From the NCBI GenBank assembly GCA_037076615.1, contig AP029158.1, positions 5,470 through 69,469 of the forward strand: a DNA stretch of 64,000 bases. The letters are read 5' to 3'. This DNA comes from Candidatus Parcubacteria bacterium. Lineage in GTDB: Bacteria > Patescibacteriota > Patescibacteriia > Patescibacteriales > UBA12465. Below, in pieces: positions 41,580-54,295 of this stretch; the first letter of the stretch is position 1; the number at the start of each line of letters is the position of its first letter. The notes under the pieces were generated by a model. The model was given only the letters and a program-made list of their open reading frames with translations. It made no database searches and was not told the origin of the DNA. A program made the position numbers and the translations under genes.

Positions 41580-43439
41580 ATGAAAAAAGAATTAATAAAA
41601 AATTTAAGTATATTTTTCCTGGTGTTTCTCGGCTTAGCTTTATTTTTTGGGTTCTTTAGCGAGTCGGCTCAGCGACAAACAGTCGGGCTCGATGCTTTAG
41701 TTAATCGGATTAATAATGAGGAAGTTTCTTCCCTGGAGGTAGAAGGAGAAAAAATAATTTTGACCTTAAAAACAGGAGAAAAAGAGGTGGTTCAAAAAGA
41801 GGAAAATGATTCGCTCGCTTCTTTGTTAGCTGATTTTCAAGTTGATCCTCAGAAGTTAAACGAAGTTTCGGTAACCGTAAAAGAGGATAGTGCTTGGTCT
41901 TATTTTTTAACACTGATTCTGCCTTTTTTATTACCCCTTATTATTATCGGCCTTTTTATGGTCTATATGATGCGCGGTGTTTCCGGGATGAATTCGCGCG
42001 CTTTGAGCTTTGGCCAAACAGCAGGCAAAGAGCTTGATTTGAATCGTAAAGAAAAAGTTACTTTCGCTGATGTCGCTGGAGCCAAAGAGGCTAAAGAAGA
42101 GCTATATGAAATTGTGGAATTTTTAAAATTCCCGAAAAAGTTTCATGATTTGGGGGCTAAAATTCCTCGCGGAGTCCTTTTGTTGGGTAGTCCAGGTACG
42201 GGTAAAACTTTAATTGCTCGTGCTGTTGCCGGCGAAGCTGATGTCCCTTTCTTTACTATTTCCGGTTCGGAATTTGTAGAAATGTTTGTTGGCGTCGGCG
42301 CTTCTCGAGTCCGATCTTTATTTGATAAAGCTAAAAAAGTCGCTCCATGCCTTATCTTTATTGACGAAATTGATGCTGTTGGTCGTCGCCGGGGCGCTGG
42401 TTTGGGTGGTAGTCATGATGAACGCGAACAGACTCTTAACCAAATCTTAGTGGAGCTTGATGGTTTTGAGCCTAGTCAAAATGTTATTGTTATTGCCGCT
42501 ACTAATCGCCCCGATGTTTTAGACCCCGCTTTACTGCGACCAGGGCGCTTTGACCGACAAGTAGTTATTGATAAACCTGATCTAAAGGATCGAGAAGAAA
42601 TATTAAAGGTTCATGCCCGCAAGAAGCCTTTAGAGCCAGCTGTTAGTTTAAAGTCGGTAGCGGAGCGCACACCGGGATTTTCCGGGGCGGAGCTGTCTAA
42701 TATTTTAAACGAAGCGGCGATTTTAGCGGCCCGGCAAAATAAAAAATCTATCAGTCAAGATGATATTTTTGAAGCAATTGAGAAAGTGATGATTGGTCCG
42801 GAGCGTAAAAGTCGGGTGATTACTGATAAAGATAAAAAAATTACCGCCTATCATGAGGCTGGCCATGCGGTGGTGGCCCATTTTTTACCGGGAGTTGATC
42901 CCGTCCAAAAAGTATCCATTATCGCGCGCGGTCAAGCGGGTGGTTATACCTTGAAAGTTCCGGTTGAAGATCGCAGTTATCATTCAAAGTCCGAATTTAT
43001 TAACGAACTCTCCGTCCTTTTAGCTGGGCATCTAACGGAAAAAGAAATTTTTGGCGAAGTCACTACCGGGGCCACCTCGGATTTGCGCCGCGCTACCGCA
43101 ATTGCCCGTAGTCTCGTGACTGATTTTGGCATGAGTGAAAAAATGGGTCCGCGTACTTTTGGAGAAAAAGAAGAAATGATTTTCTTGGGCCGGGAGATTC
43201 ACGAGCAGCGTGATTATAGTGAAAAAGTAGCCGAGCAAATTGATGATGAGATTGAGGGGTTTATTAGCCAAGCGAGCGCCAAAACTCAAGAAATAATTAC
43301 CAAGAAGCGCGCCTATCTGGAAAAAGTAGTAGCGGTTCTTTTGAAAGAAGAAACGATTGAACGCGAACGCTTTGTTGCTTTAATGAACGAAGGGGCTGGT
43401 GAGACTCCTGAAAAAGGCGATGCCTCTCAAGTTGACTAA
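41580..43439 (+). CDS. ftsH: ATP-dependent zinc metalloprotease FtsH
   Basis: Two TM helices, Walker [17 protein letters not shown] region [20 protein letters not shown], Zn site HEAGHAV. Confidence 0.97.
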   Translation: MKKELIKNLSIFFLVFLGLALFFGFFSESAQRQTVGLDALVNRINNEEVSSLEVEGEKIILTLKTGEKEVVQKEENDSLASLLADFQVDPQKLNEVSVTVKEDSAWSYFLTLILPFLLPLIIIGLFMVYMMRGVSGMNSRALSFGQTAGKELDLNRKEKVTFADVAGAKEAKEELYEIVEFLKFPKKFHDLGAKIPRGVLLLGSPGTGKTLIARAVAGEADVPFFTISGSEFVEMFVGVGASRVRSLFDKAKKVAPCLIFIDEIDAVGRRRGAGLGGSHDEREQTLNQILVELDGFEPSQNVIVIAATNRPDVLDPALLRPGRFDRQVVIDKPDLKDREEILKVHARKKPLEPAVSLKSVAERTPGFSGAELSNILNEAAILAARQNKKSISQDDIFEAIEKVMIGPERKSRVITDKDKKITAYHEAGHAVVAHFLPGVDPVQKVSIIARGQAGGYTLKVPVEDRSYHSKSEFINELSVLLAGHLTEKEIFGEVTTGATSDLRRATAIARSLVTDFGMSEKMGPRTFGEKEEMIFLGREIHEQRDYSEKVAEQIDDEIEGFISQASAKTQEIITKKRAYLEKVVAVLLKEETIERERFVALMNEGAGETPEKGDASQVD

Positions 43440-43496
43440 ACCCGATTTTAAGTTATACTAAAAACGTAATCTAAGTAATTTTAGCGCCTAATTTAT

Positions 43497-43688
43497 ATGG
43501 CAAATCCTAAAAAAAGAAAAACTCACAGTGCTGTTGGTAAGGGTAGAGCGCATTTAGCTCTAAAAAAGGTAGCAATTAATAAGTGTTCCAAGTGTGGCGA
43601 GCCAAAACTACCACACACCGCTTGTGAATTTTGTGGCTCTTATAAAGGTCACGCCGTGGTTCGCGTCAAAAGTCGCGCCACTAAATAG
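43497..43688 (+). CDS. rpmF: 50S ribosomal protein L32
   Basis: MANPKKRKTHS..CSKCGEPKLPHTACEFCGSYKG zinc-ribbon form. Confidence 0.9.
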   Translation: MANPKKRKTHSAVGKGRAHLALKKVAINKCSKCGEPKLPHTACEFCGSYKGHAVVRVKSRATK

Positions 43689-43713
43689 TTATTGCTTTTA
43701 GCCCTTAAAAATT

Positions 43714-44223
43714 ATGTCCAACCGTCATTTGGCGCGAACCATTGCTCTGCAAACTTTATTTGCCTGGGATTTTAATGGTCAAAAAAGTGAAGATCTTGAT
43801 TTTCTAATTGAAAATAATTTTACTCATTTCGCGCCTAATTTTGATGACGGCGGTTTTGTTAAAGAATTAGTTTCTGGGGCGGTTGACCACTTAGAGGAGG
43901 TTGATAATTTAATTCGTCGCCATGCGACGGAGTGGCCTCTCGAGCAGATTACCGGAGTTGATCGCAATGTCTTACGTTTAGGTATTTATGAGTTGTTGTA
44001 TGCGGAAAGTATTCCTTCGCGGGTAGCAATTAACGAGGCGATTGAGGTTGCCAAGAATTTTGGCGGCGATTCTTCCGGAAAATTTATCAATGGTGTGTTG
44101 GGGGCTATTTATGCTGAATTACCAGAAAATAAAAAGCGCGACAACAAAGAAGAGTTTGAAGAAAAAAAACGTCAAGAGGCGGCGGAATCGTTAACCTCGG
44201 AGCAAAACTTGCCCCCTCTTTAA
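43714..44223 (+). CDS. nusB: Transcription antitermination factor NusB
   Basis: [17 protein letters not shown].., [26 protein letters not shown]...[10 protein letters not shown]. Confidence 0.9.
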   Translation: MSNRHLARTIALQTLFAWDFNGQKSEDLDFLIENNFTHFAPNFDDGGFVKELVSGAVDHLEEVDNLIRRHATEWPLEQITGVDRNVLRLGIYELLYAESIPSRVAINEAIEVAKNFGGDSSGKFINGVLGAIYAELPENKKRDNKEEFEEKKRQEAAESLTSEQNLPPL

Positions 44224-44273
44224 AGTCTTAAAGTAAACCTCCACCCCGTGAGGTTTTTTTAAAAAATATTTGT

Positions 44274-44972
44274 ATGGCGAAAGAATCATTAAAGCCTTTA
44301 GAAAAAAAAATTGAAGTCACTTTTAAAAATAAGGACTTGTTAAAGCAGGCGCTTACGCACCGCTCTTATCTAAATGAGCATTCGGAATCAGAATTAGGTC
44401 ACAACGAACGCCTGGAATTTTTAGGCGATGCCGTTTTGGAAATTGTTATTACTGAGTTTTTATATTTAAATTTTCCCGAAGTGGATGAAGGCGCTTTAAC
44501 TAACTGGCGCGCTTCTTTGGTAAATTCTAAAATGTTGTATGTGACGGCGACGGAATTAGGTTTAGAAGATTATTTGTATTTGTCGCATGGTGAAGCCAAG
44601 GATAAAAATAAAAAGTCGCGGCAGTATATTTTAGCAAACACCGTGGAGGCGGTAATTGGCGCTATCTATTTAGACCAAGGTTTGGAAGTCGCTAAAAAAT
44701 TTATTTTAAAATTTATTGCCTCTAAAATGGATGACATTTTAGAGAACGCTGCTTACCTAGATCCTAAATCTCGTTTTCAAGAAAAATCTCAGGAGCAGCG
44801 CGGAATTACGCCGCACTATGAAATTTTAGAAGAGAGTGGCCCTGATCATGCCAAGACTTTTGTGGTTGGCTTATATATAGATGAAGAATTAATTACCCGG
44901 GGCGAAGGCTCTTCTAAACAAGAAGCTCAAGTCGCTGCTGCTTTGGCTGGTTTAAAAAAATTAGCTTGGTAA
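44274..44972 (+). CDS. rnc: Ribonuclease III
   Basis: Signature NERLEFLGDAVLE and a C-terminal dsRBD (GPDHAKTF..GEGSSKQEAQVAAA). Confidence 0.95.
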   Translation: MAKESLKPLEKKIEVTFKNKDLLKQALTHRSYLNEHSESELGHNERLEFLGDAVLEIVITEFLYLNFPEVDEGALTNWRASLVNSKMLYVTATELGLEDYLYLSHGEAKDKNKKSRQYILANTVEAVIGAIYLDQGLEVAKKFILKFIASKMDDILENAAYLDPKSRFQEKSQEQRGITPHYEILEESGPDHAKTFVVGLYIDEELITRGEGSSKQEAQVAAALAGLKKLAW

Positions 44973-44976
44973 AAAT

Positions 44977-46029
44977 ATGGATTTAATAAAAATGCTTGAA
45001 CTGGCGACGGCTCATAAAGCCTCTGACCTACATTTAATGGTCGGGCAGCCACCAATTTTAAGAATTGATGGCGAGCTGGTGCTTTTGAGCTCAATGGCTC
45101 CGGAATTTACTAATCAGCCCTTAACTGATGAGAATTTGCGCGCGGCTTTAGAAAAAATTGCTACCCCCGAAGAACAAGCGCTATTTTTAGAAAAAAAAGA
45201 TTTGGATCTTGGTTATGAAAATTTGGGGACTCGGTTCCGTGTTAATTTTTCTTTTGAAAAAAGTAATTTACGCTTGGTCGCGCGTGTAATTGAAGAAAAA
45301 AAACCGACGCTGGAGGAGATTGGAATGCCAGAAACAATTAAAGATTTACTTGATCAGCCGCAAGGTTTAATTTTAGTTACCGGTCCGACGGGCTGCGGTA
45401 AGTCCACGACTTTGGCGGCCATGGTTAATTATATAAACAGTACTCGCCGCTGCCACATTATTACTTTAGAAGATCCGATTGAGTTTGTTTTTAATTCTGA
45501 TAAAAGTTTAGTTACGCAGCGTCAGCTAGGATCGGATATGAAATCTTTTGCTAGTGGCCTAAAACATGTTTTACGGCAAGATCCGAATGTGATTATGGTT
45601 GGTGAAATGCGTGATTATGAAACGATTGCGGCGGCGGTTACTTTAGCAGAAACCGGACACTTAGTTTTAGCTACTTTACATACTTATAATGCGGTGCAAA
45701 CGGTGGATAGAATTATTGATATTTTTCCTCCGCACCAACAGAGCCAAATTAAGTCGCAGTTATCAATGCTCTTAACCGCGGTTATTTCTCAACGGCTGTT
45801 ACCAAAGATTGGCGGCGGTCGAGTGGCGGCGCGAGAATTATTAATTCGCAATTCCGCGGTCGCCAACCTAATTCGCGAGGGTAAAATTTCTCAGATAAAA
45901 AGTGTGATGCAGATGGAGGGTAAAAATGGCATGATTACCATGGATAAACATCTGAAAGAATTATATAAAAGTGGTTTGATTACTAAAGAGGTGGCTGTTC
46001 TTTATTCAGACGAGCTAGCGGTAAATTAA
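44977..46029 (+). CDS. pilT: Type IV pilus retraction ATPase PilT
   Basis: ASDLHL, Walker A GPTGCGKSTT, ITLEDPIE, MVGEMRD, LATLHT, AANLIREGK. PilT-size, 350 aa. Confidence 0.9.
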   Translation: MDLIKMLELATAHKASDLHLMVGQPPILRIDGELVLLSSMAPEFTNQPLTDENLRAALEKIATPEEQALFLEKKDLDLGYENLGTRFRVNFSFEKSNLRLVARVIEEKKPTLEEIGMPETIKDLLDQPQGLILVTGPTGCGKSTTLAAMVNYINSTRRCHIITLEDPIEFVFNSDKSLVTQRQLGSDMKSFASGLKHVLRQDPNVIMVGEMRDYETIAAAVTLAETGHLVLATLHTYNAVQTVDRIIDIFPPHQQSQIKSQLSMLLTAVISQRLLPKIGGGRVAARELLIRNSAVANLIREGKISQIKSVMQMEGKNGMITMDKHLKELYKSGLITKEVAVLYSDELAVN

Positions 46030-46094
46030 AAAATATTCCTGTTGATAAGTTGGTGTTAAGTTAAGCTTCTTAAGGAAAAAATTAGTTATTTTTT

Positions 46095-46124
46095 AGAAAG
46101 TGTTAAAAGACACTTTCTTTTTTT
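46095..46124 (+). terminator. Intrinsic terminator after pilT
   Basis: AGAAAGTGT-TAAAAG-ACACTTTCT followed by T6. Confidence 0.8.
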
Positions 46125-46158
46125 GATTTTACCCTTATTTTTCCAGCCTTTTAAACTC

Positions 46159-46186
46159 TTGACAAGTTTTTTAAAATGCTTATAAT
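46159..46186 (+). promoter_or_regulatory. Consensus sigma70-type promoter upstream of the rRNA leader
   Basis: TTGACA, 16 nt spacer, TATAAT. Confidence 0.55.
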
Positions 46187-46455
46187 TGATAACAGTTTTA
46201 CGAAAAAAGAAACTATGCGTAAACTCTCAAAAAATCAATCATGAGCGGTATAACAAATGACACCTGTCTTTTGTGACCGCCTGCCGGCGGTTTTTTGTTC
46301 CCTGTGCTTGATTTTAGAGCCGATCTTTCAAAACTGAATACTTAGATAATCAAAAACATTGAAAGAAAAATAACAAAGCTTTCAAATTTATTGCAATTTA
46401 TTTGAAAGTGAGTGTCTAATTTGCTAGACACACATCACGCTTTTGGCAACAAAAG

Positions 46456-49466
<3,011 letters not shown>

Positions 49467-49521
49467 ACTTTTGTTTGCTAAATTTGTTATCTAAGAATTC
49501 AGATATTAAAAAACGCCATTG

Positions 49522-49637
49522 TTCTGGTGATACAAGCGGAGGGGTCACACCTGATCCCTTCCCGAACTCAGAAGTTAAGCCCTCCAGCGCCGATGATACT
49601 TGGGCAGGAGCCCTGGGAAAGTAGGTCGTCGCCAGAA
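49522..49637 (+). rRNA. rrf: 5S ribosomal RNA
   Basis: TTCTGGTGA..CCCGAACTCAGAAGTTAAGC..GGGAAAGTAGGTCGTCGCCAGAA. Flanked by the extended processing stem CCATTGTTCTGG/CCAGAACAATGG. Confidence 0.93.
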
Positions 49638-49660
49638 CAATGGTGTTTTTTATTTGAAAA

Positions 49661-49690
49661 AAAAACCATCTCTTTTTGAGATGGTTTTTG
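49661..49690 (+). terminator. Intrinsic terminator after 5S (member of a repeated hairpin family)
   Basis: AAAACCATCTC-TTTTT-GAGATGGTTTT followed by a T-rich run. Confidence 0.8.
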
Positions 49691-49834
49691 GTTTTTTGGG
49701 GATATGGAGTTTAAATAGATTCTTTAGTTATCTAAAAGGAAGATCATTTAACAAAGTTCAGTCAGAGGATTCGTGTTACCTCCCTTTTATTGATATACCA
49801 AAGAAAAGTTCTTTATATATTGCGGTTTTTTTAA

Positions 49835-50482
49835 AAAATTAAAAATAAATATATTAAAAATTACTTAACCATCAAAATCGAAAAGACTGATAGAAAATTA
49901 GAATTATTTTTAAACTCCATAAAAAAAGAATTTGAAGATTTTTTTAAGTTTAAAGCTAAGGAACCATTATTATTTTTATTAAACAGTAGAGAGGAGTTAG
50001 ATATTGTTTGGGGCAATAAAACGGAACCTTGGTTAGTTGGCGCTTTTAAAAATAACAGCATTTATATTCTCAACCCAGCGGCTTATGAAACGGAATCTAG
50101 TCACAAAAAAGAAGAGTTTTGGATAAATTTAAAACATGAATATTGCCATTCATATTACGCCCAAATCACTAAATCTCCTTATCCGGTGTGGTTAAATGAG
50201 GGGTTAGCTTCTTTTAAATCTGGCAAGAAATTAAGTTTATCAGATGATGATAAAGGTAAACTGCTTAATGTTTTTAATTATTTTGATAAATCGGACAGAG
50301 ATGTTTATTTTATTGGTCAATTTTGGGTAGAGTGTTTATTAAAAAAATTTGGTAATAAAAAATTTTTAACTTTAATTAATAGCTTTAATTACGGTTTTAC
50401 TACTAAAGATTTTGATAAGAATTTATATAAAATTTATGGATTTAAGTTTAATAAGAAAGAATTTTCTAAGTTTATAAAATAA
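49835..50482 (+). CDS. Peptidase_MA_2-like zinc metalloprotease (HExxH..WLNEG) lacking a canonical start codon. Possibly a non-ATG start, or a pseudogene.
   Basis: Frame open from 49835 (after a TAA). Translation ..EPWLVGAFKNNSIYILNP..LKHEYCHSYYAQITKSPYPVWLNEGLASF... The first ATG/GTG/TTG in frame is the GTG at 50186, downstream of the HExxH. Confidence 0.5.
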   Translation, partial: KIKNKYIKNYLTIKIEKTDRKLELFLNSIKKEFEDFFKFKAKEPLLFLLNSREELDIVWGNKTEPWLVGAFKNNSIYILNPAAYETESSHKKEEFWINLKHEYCHSYYAQITKSPYPVWLNEGLASFKSGKKLSLSDDDKGKLLNVFNYFDKSDRDVYFIGQFWVECLLKKFGNKKFLTLINSFNYGFTTKDFDKNLYKIYGFKFNKKEFSKFIK

Positions 50483-50719
50483 TTAAAACATAAAAAGTTC
50501 GTTAACAAAATTAAAAAAAGGAGGTGTGTCATGTTACAGCTACCAACCCCCGGCTAGTTAGAAATAACTGATTTTTGATATTACACTTTCTCTGGTAATT
50601 TAGAGATAAATACCCAATATATTAAAGGTTATTATAGTTATATAATTATTTTTAGTGTTTTTTATTTGAAAAAAACCACCTCTTTATGAAATGGTTTTTT
50701 GTTTTTGGAGATTCGAAGT

Positions 50720-51379
50720 TCAAAAATGGTTGAACTCGTAAATGATGATTTCACCCTCCGGTGTTTCTTCGCGATGAGTAATCTGCGGCTGAAGTCTTCT
50801 TGTTTTGCAAGTTATCGCCGGACCGTTGATATCGCCAATTTTCCGATTAAAGGGGATAAATATTTTTCCGTCGGGCTTTAAAAAGGTCATCGCTTGGAAG
50901 AAAAATTTATCTAACAAATGTTTATCATTAAATAAACCTTCTTCTAGCCATTCGCCTTTTTTTGCTTCTCCTGGGATTAGGAGATTTGAAAAAATAATCA
51001 CATCAAGTGCGGATGGAACATCTTCCAATAAATCTGCTTCAACTATTTCTACTCTTTTAAAGAGCCCGATTTTTTTTAAATTTTTCTCGGTATTAATTCT
51101 TGCAAACGGCGAACTATCAGTAAAGAAAACTTCTTTAGCACCATTTAAAGCAGCACTAATTCCTAATATTCCGCAACCGCAACGGCAATCCGCGACAATT
51201 TTCTCTTGGACTATTTTGGGGTTATTCTCAAGATATTCCAGCATAACTTTGGTTGTTGAAATGTTAGGGCTAAAGACACCGCGGTCAACAATTATTTCTT
51301 TGCCTTTTAAAAGTTGTTTTTGGCCGGAGTGGCCGTTAACTTCACGGTAAAAATCCACTAATTTTTCTAATTTTTTCAT
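50720..51379 (-). CDS. SAM-dependent methyltransferase (small-domain, PrmC/RsmC-like fold)
   Basis: Motif I region KIVADCRCGCGILGISAAL, acidic post-I FFTDSS, and a later DVIIFSNLLIPGE segment. Confidence 0.65.
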   Translation of the reverse strand: MKKLEKLVDFYREVNGHSGQKQLLKGKEIIVDRGVFSPNISTTKVMLEYLENNPKIVQEKIVADCRCGCGILGISAALNGAKEVFFTDSSPFARINTEKNLKKIGLFKRVEIVEADLLEDVPSALDVIIFSNLLIPGEAKKGEWLEEGLFNDKHLLDKFFFQAMTFLKPDGKIFIPFNRKIGDINGPAITCKTRRLQPQITHREETPEGEIIIYEFNHF

Positions 51380-51538
51380 TTTCCTCCTTTTTTATTGTTA
51401 AAATACTCCTCCTAAGATAAACTATTTTTATCTTATTGTCAAGGACTAAGGACTGTTTTTTAATCTAAAATAAGATAAAACAGTAATTGCTCCATCGCGC
51501 TTAAAATGATAAAATGAGACTGTAAAAGCTTATTTTTT

Positions 51539-52285
51539 ATGAATCAAATCGTTATTTTGGCGGCCGGAAAGGGCACGCGCATGAACTCTGATTTGCCTAA
51601 AACCTTGGTTCCGGTAAACGGTAAGCCGATGATTTTCTATATCTTAGAAACTATTTTTGCCTCGGGTCTGGATAAAGAGCCGATAGTAGTTGTTTCTCCG
51701 GACAATGTAGAAATTATAAAATCAGCTTTAAAGGATTATCCGCTAAGATATGCTCTCCAAAAAGAACAGTTAGGTTCGGGCCATGCCCTTAAGTCGGCTA
51801 AAGGTTTAATTAAGCCGGGCACAAAAAAGATTTTTGTTGTCTATTGTGACCACCCCTTTTTAAAACCAGAGTCTTTATTAGCCGCCGCTGCTGTTCCCGT
51901 TGAATCAATTATAGTGATGACCACGAAGCTACCCGATTTTTCTGGTTGGCATCAAAACTTTAAGCACTGGGGGCGCTTTGTCCGTGATGCTGCTGGCAAT
52001 ATTCTAAAAATTGTAGAATTCAAAGATGCTAGCCCCGAGCAGCGGGCAATCACGGAAGTCAACCCTGGGTTTATGGTTTTTTCTAATGATTGGCTTTGGG
52101 AGAACATTGAAAAGATATCTAATAATAATGCTCAAAAAGAATATTATTTAACTACCCTGCCCGGAGTAGCAACCGCGGGCGGCTATCAAATTTCTAGTAT
52201 TCCGATTGAGCCTTTGGAGGCTTTAGGGGTTAATAGCCAAGAGGAGCTAGCTTTAGCCGAAGAGGCCGCGTCTAAGTTTGTATGA
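51539..52285 (+). CDS. Sugar-phosphate nucleotidyltransferase (GlmU N-terminal-domain-like, stand-alone)
   Basis: ILAAGKGTRMNSDLPKTLVPVNGKPMI, QKEQLGSGHAL, VYCDHP. No LbH acetyltransferase domain. Confidence 0.8.
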   Translation: MNQIVILAAGKGTRMNSDLPKTLVPVNGKPMIFYILETIFASGLDKEPIVVVSPDNVEIIKSALKDYPLRYALQKEQLGSGHALKSAKGLIKPGTKKIFVVYCDHPFLKPESLLAAAAVPVESIIVMTTKLPDFSGWHQNFKHWGRFVRDAAGNILKIVEFKDASPEQRAITEVNPGFMVFSNDWLWENIEKISNNNAQKEYYLTTLPGVATAGGYQISSIPIEPLEALGVNSQEELALAEEAASKFV

Positions 52286-52689
52286 AAAAGTTAAAGGGGC
52301 TTTTAAAAGTTTTAATCTTATTTCTGTTGCTTTTTTATTTAGCAATCTTTGTTACTCTAGAATATAACTCAAAAAATATTTCCGACGCCCCTGCTGATCA
52401 TTGGCCGGTAGCTAGTCAGGTATTATCCGGCTTAGCCGGCTTCATTAAACAGGCGAATAATCGCCCACAGCCATTTTTAACTTGGTGGCCACAAGCAGTC
52501 GGTTCTCAGGCCGGAGAATTCATTCAGGGCCAATCCGCCTTAAATGAAGGAAAATTAGTTTTAGATTATCAGAAAAACAGTAGTAAAATATCCGCAGCTG
52601 AATATTTGAAGGAGGCTTTCAATGAGGGCGCCTTTAATTTAGAAGTTGTTTGGAATAGGTTTATAGATTATTTTAATCAGTTCAAATAG
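52282..52689 (+). CDS. Hypothetical membrane-anchored protein
   Basis: ATGA overlap with the upstream gene and a single N-terminal TM helix. Confidence 0.5.
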   Translation: MKKLKGLLKVLILFLLLFYLAIFVTLEYNSKNISDAPADHWPVASQVLSGLAGFIKQANNRPQPFLTWWPQAVGSQAGEFIQGQSALNEGKLVLDYQKNSSKISAAEYLKEAFNEGAFNLEVVWNRFIDYFNQFK

Positions 52690-52785
52690 TTGGTGCTCGG
52701 TTAAAAATAGGCTATAATATAGCAGTCGAATTTTTATAAATTTAATCTTAATAACCAACCCTCCCGAAAGGTTATTGTCAAAATT

Positions 52786-53859
52786 ATGGCTAACAAAAAA
52801 ACTGCCCCCGTTTCCAAGGAAAACGGCGAGGCGAACAAAAAGGAAGAAGCGGCTTTAGCGGCTATGGAGCAGGTGCGCGCTAAGTTCGGCGAGGGCTCCA
52901 TTATGAAGTTTGGTGACGCCCGTAAAACCGATATTGACGCGGTTCCTACTGGGTGTCTATCTCTAGACATTGCTTTAGGCATCGGCGGTATTCCGCGCGG
53001 ACGAGTCATTGAAATCTATGGCCCGGAATCTTCTGGTAAAACAACTTTAGCGCAACACATTGTCGCTGAAGTGCAAAGACTGGGTGGTATTGCGGCTTTC
53101 GTAGATGCGGAACACGCTCTTGATCCGGCTTATGCTGAGAAAATTGGTGTTAATATCAAGGATTTAATTATTTCCCAGCCAGATTCTGGAGAGCAGGCCT
53201 TAGACATCGTTGAGACCCTGGTGCGCTCTAATGCCGTTGACGTGGTGGTAGTTGACTCAGTCGCCGCTCTAGTGCCGCAGAAAGAAATTGAGGGCGACAT
53301 GGGCGATCAGCACATGGGTCTTCAGGCGCGGCTCATGAGTCAGGCTCTGCGTAAATTAACTGCTGCGGTTGCTAAAACGAATACGGTCATTGTTTTTATT
53401 AACCAGATTCGTAACAAGATTGGCGTTTTCTTTGGCAATCCGGAAACAACCACGGGCGGCAATGCGCTAAAATTTTATTCTTCAGTTAGATTAGAGATTC
53501 GGCGCGCGGCTCAAATTAAACAAGGTGAAAATGTAATCGGGAACCGCGTTAAGGTTAAAGTTGTTAAAAACAAGGTGGCTGCCCCCTTCCGTTCCTGTGA
53601 GTTTGATATTATGTATAATGAAGGCATTTCTTTGGCGGGCGACGTTTTAGATACCGGCGTTGATTATGGAGTAATTAAAAAGAGTGGTAATTCTTATAGC
53701 TATGGTGATATAAAATTTGGCGTGGGTCGAGAGACTGCCAAGCGTTTTTTGAAAGAAGATAAAAAGCTTCTTTTGAAATTACGTAAAGAAGTTTTAATTG
53801 AAGCCAAGAAGAGAGAAATTGAAGGCTCACCGGCAAAAAAAGAAGAAAAAGAAGAGTAA
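52786..53859 (+). CDS. recA: Recombinase RecA
   Basis: FGEGSIM, Walker [20 protein letters not shown]1/L2 regions, [12 protein letters not shown]. Confidence 0.97.
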   Translation: MANKKTAPVSKENGEANKKEEAALAAMEQVRAKFGEGSIMKFGDARKTDIDAVPTGCLSLDIALGIGGIPRGRVIEIYGPESSGKTTLAQHIVAEVQRLGGIAAFVDAEHALDPAYAEKIGVNIKDLIISQPDSGEQALDIVETLVRSNAVDVVVVDSVAALVPQKEIEGDMGDQHMGLQARLMSQALRKLTAAVAKTNTVIVFINQIRNKIGVFFGNPETTTGGNALKFYSSVRLEIRRAAQIKQGENVIGNRVKVKVVKNKVAAPFRSCEFDIMYNEGISLAGDVLDTGVDYGVIKKSGNSYSYGDIKFGVGRETAKRFLKEDKKLLLKLRKEVLIEAKKREIEGSPAKKEEKEE

Positions 53860-53885
53860 GTAATATTAAAAATAAAAAAAGAAAA

Positions 53886-53911
53886 GCCATCTCTTTGTGA
53901 GATGGCTTTTT
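53886..53911 (+). terminator. Intrinsic terminator after recA (same hairpin family as 49661)
   Basis: GCCATCTC-TTTGT-GAGATGGC followed by T5. Confidence 0.8.
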
Positions 53912-53969
53912 GGTTAGCACAAACTAAAATTTTTAATATTAAAAAACAGACTCTAGGCCTGTGTTTTTG

Positions 53970-54042
53970 TGCGCCGTGCAGGATTCGAACCTGCGACCGT
54001 CTCCTTAAGAGGGAGCTGCTCTACCAGCTGAGCTAACAGCGC
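53970..54042 (-). tRNA. tRNA-Lys (anticodon CTT)
   Basis: Reverse complement GCGCTGTTAGCTCAGCTGGTAGAGCAGCTCCCTCTTAAGGAGACGGTCGCAGGTTCGAATCCTGCACGGCGCA. Anticodon loop CTCTTAA. Confidence 0.88.
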
Positions 54043-54054
54043 TTAAAAATTTCT

Positions 54055-54131
54055 TGGTGGCTGGGGAGAGACTTGAACTCTCGACCTTAGCGTTATGAGT
54101 GCTACGCTCTAACCAGCTGAGCTACCCAGCC
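54055..54131 (-). tRNA. tRNA with CAT anticodon (elongator Met or lysidine-modified Ile2), CCA encoded
   Basis: Reverse complement GGCTGGGTAGCTCAGCTGGTTAGAGCGTAGCACTCATAACGCTAAGGTCGAGAGTTCAAGTCTCTCCCCAGCCACCA. No initiator-type GGG/CCC anticodon stem. Confidence 0.85.
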
Positions 54132-54214
54132 TCAAAAAACCTCGAAGACTAAAAATTTTTTAATTTTGCTTAATCAGAATAAGGGAGGAACTGAGGTTTG
54201 TCAACAAAAAATAG

Positions 54215-54288
54215 TGCGCCCGGCAGGATTCGAACCCACAACCCCTTGGTCCGAAGCCAAGTGCTCTATCCGTTGAGCTACGAGCGCC
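54215..54288 (-). tRNA. tRNA-Arg (anticodon TCG)
   Basis: Reverse complement GGCGCTCGTAGCTCAACGGATAGAGCACTTGGCTTCGGACCAAGGGGTTGTGGGTTCGAATCCTGCCGGGCGCA. Anticodon arm CTTGG-CTTCGGA-CCAAG. Confidence 0.9.
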
Positions 54289-54295
54289 CTAAAGA

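Noticed and set aside
50805-51350. 181-aa plus-strand ORF antisense to the methyltransferase gene; also 52734-53009 (-) antisense to recA, and 57129-57602 and 57669-57965 (-) antisense to infB
   Set aside because: The opposite-strand genes have clear family motifs. The antisense ORFs have no recognisable features.
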